From an uncultured Clostridia bacterium (GTDB lineage Bacteria; Bacillota; Clostridia; TANB77; RGIG9151), in contig CAKSUD010000018.1 of assembly GCA_934500865.1 (NCBI GenBank), positions 1 to 28,495 on the forward strand: DNA of 28,495 nucleotides, written 5' to 3'. The notes below the pieces were generated by a model. It saw only the letters and a list, made by a program, of their open reading frames with translations, made no database searches and was not told where the DNA came from. The position numbers were made by a program, and so were the translations under genes. Below, in pieces: positions 27,321-28,495 of the stretch (its first letter is position 1; every line of letters starts with the position of its first letter).

Positions 27321-28397
27321 CTAGTCACCAAAACTAATTCCCATAGTTCTTGCAACGTTAATCAATTCATGATTTACAGGTACAGTCTTTAATTGACCAA
27401 CAGCTTCTTCTAATGAAACATACGAAATTTTTCCATCAACTAAAGCAACCATCTTTCCGAAAATTCCTTGCATAGCAAGTTCCATAGCTTTAACGCCATA
27501 TCTTGTAGATAAAATTCTATCGTATGGAGAAGTTTGTCCTCCTCTTTGAATATGACCAAGAACTGTTGCACGTGTTTCAATTCCTAATCTTTCCTCAATA
27601 TCATCAGCCAATTTATTAGCAATTCCACCAAGTCTTATTGCATCAGGGCTGTATTTTAATACTTTTCTTACAACAACTTCTCCGTCTTTAGGTTTAGCAC
27701 CTTCAGACACAGCAACAATTGTATAATGCTTTCCATTATCTGTTCTTTCTTTAATAGCCTCACAAACCTTATCTAAATCATAAGGAATCTCAGGAATTAA
27801 AATAACAGACGCTGCACCTGCAATTCCGGACTCTAATGTAAGCCATCCTGCATATCTTCCCATTATTTCAACAACAGCAACTCTGTTATGAGATTCCGAT
27901 GTAGTCTTTAACTTGTCAATAGCCTCTGTCACCGTATTTATAGCTGTATTAAATCCGAAAGTAACATCAGTAGCATTTAAATCATTATCAATAGTCTTTG
28001 GAACTCCAATTACAGGGAAACCAAGTCTAGAAAAGTCTCTTCCCGAAGTAAGAGTGCCGTCCCCACCAATAACAAATAGGCAATCTACACCATGATTTTT
28101 TAATATTTCTATACAATGACCGGACATATCTACCGGTTTAGAATCTCTAGTCTTTAAGAATTGGAATGGGTTATCCTTATTAGAACTTCCTAAAATCGTA
28201 CCACCCTTGTCTATAATTCCTCTAACAGTTTGAGCCGTAAGTGGCATCCATCTATTCTCAACTAGTCCTCTATAACCTTCCTTAAAACCAATTACTTCTA
28301 AGCCATATTTTTCAGTAGCCGATTTAGTAATAGCTCTAATTACAGCATTTAATCCAGGACAATCTCCACCAGCAGTTAAAATAGCAACTTTTTTCAT
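27321..28397 (-). CDS. pfkA: 6-phosphofructokinase
   Basis: 358 aa. ILTAGGDCPGLNAVIR, IGGDGT, PKTIDNDL and MGRYAG motifs. GAGGGGG RBS is present. Confidence 0.92.
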   Translation of the reverse strand: MKKVAILTAGGDCPGLNAVIRAITKSATEKYGLEVIGFKEGYRGLVENRWMPLTAQTVRGIIDKGGTILGSSNKDNPFQFLKTRDSKPVDMSGHCIEILKNHGVDCLFVIGGDGTLTSGRDFSRLGFPVIGVPKTIDNDLNATDVTFGFNTAINTVTEAIDKLKTTSESHNRVAVVEIMGRYAGWLTLESGIAGAASVILIPEIPYDLDKVCEAIKERTDNGKHYTIVAVSEGAKPKDGEVVVRKVLKYSPDAIRLGGIANKLADDIEERLGIETRATVLGHIQRGGQTSPYDRILSTRYGVKAMELAMQGIFGKMVALVDGKISYVSLEEAVGQLKTVPVNHELINVARTMGISFGD

Positions 28398-28420
28398 TTG
28401 TAATTCCCCCTCAATATATT

Positions 28421-28495
28421 TTAAATAATTAATTCTAATGTCTTAATATCAATTATAATATCGCATTTTTTCTTAATTTTATCAATACCATTTTC
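28421..28495 (-). CDS. 3' end (24 codons) of an unidentified upstream CDS running off the right edge
   Basis: The minus-strand frame is open from the window edge (...ENGIDKIKKKCDIIIDIKTLELII) to TAA at 28421-28423. It is too short to identify, and it may be non-coding. Confidence 0.3.
   Translation of the reverse strand, partial: ENGIDKIKKKCDIIIDIKTLELII

Noticed and set aside
26303-28397. ruvB is preceded by pfkA rather than ruvA.
   Set aside because: This is probably simple lineage-specific synteny, with ruvA likely elsewhere. Nothing in the sequence suggests decay or a novel partner.

Overview
AT-rich, low-GC Firmicutes (Clostridia-like) chromosomal segment. All credible genes lie on the minus strand: 25 CDS, one 3'-terminal CDS fragment at the right edge, and one tRNA. 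The plus-strand ORFs in the track look like antisense shadows. Most of the window is housekeeping, read here right to left: pfkA, ruvB, an RluA-family pseudouridine synthase, galE, a 986-aa GT2-TPR-zinc-ribbon-methyltransferase-like protein, DUF1385, prmC, cvpA-like, yqeK, an LCP protein, xerD, deoB, tRNA-Arg(UCU), ispG, coaD, a HepT/MNT toxin-antitoxin pair, ligA, an MGDG-synthase-like glycosyltransferase, gatCAB, a MazF/PemK-like orphan, miaB, a 594-aa HExxH protein, and the mutS N-terminus. Identifications rest on motifs I read in the translations and on remembered family signatures; no database search was run. Four things deserve a second look. (1) A 220-nt, GC-enriched, near-palindromic multi-hairpin element (14453-14672) sits in the only large intergenic region. 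It has three consecutive hairpins whose loops read GGA on the minus strand and UCC on the plus strand, so it is a candidate novel sRNA or a MITE. (2) An uncharacterised 594-aa cytoplasmic HExxH...ExxxD protein is wedged between miaB and mutS. (3) A toxin-first HepT/MNT module is inserted between coaD and ligA. (4) The 986-aa fusion protein has what looks like an eroded SAM-binding motif. No CRISPR array, IS transposase, prophage or rRNA was seen.
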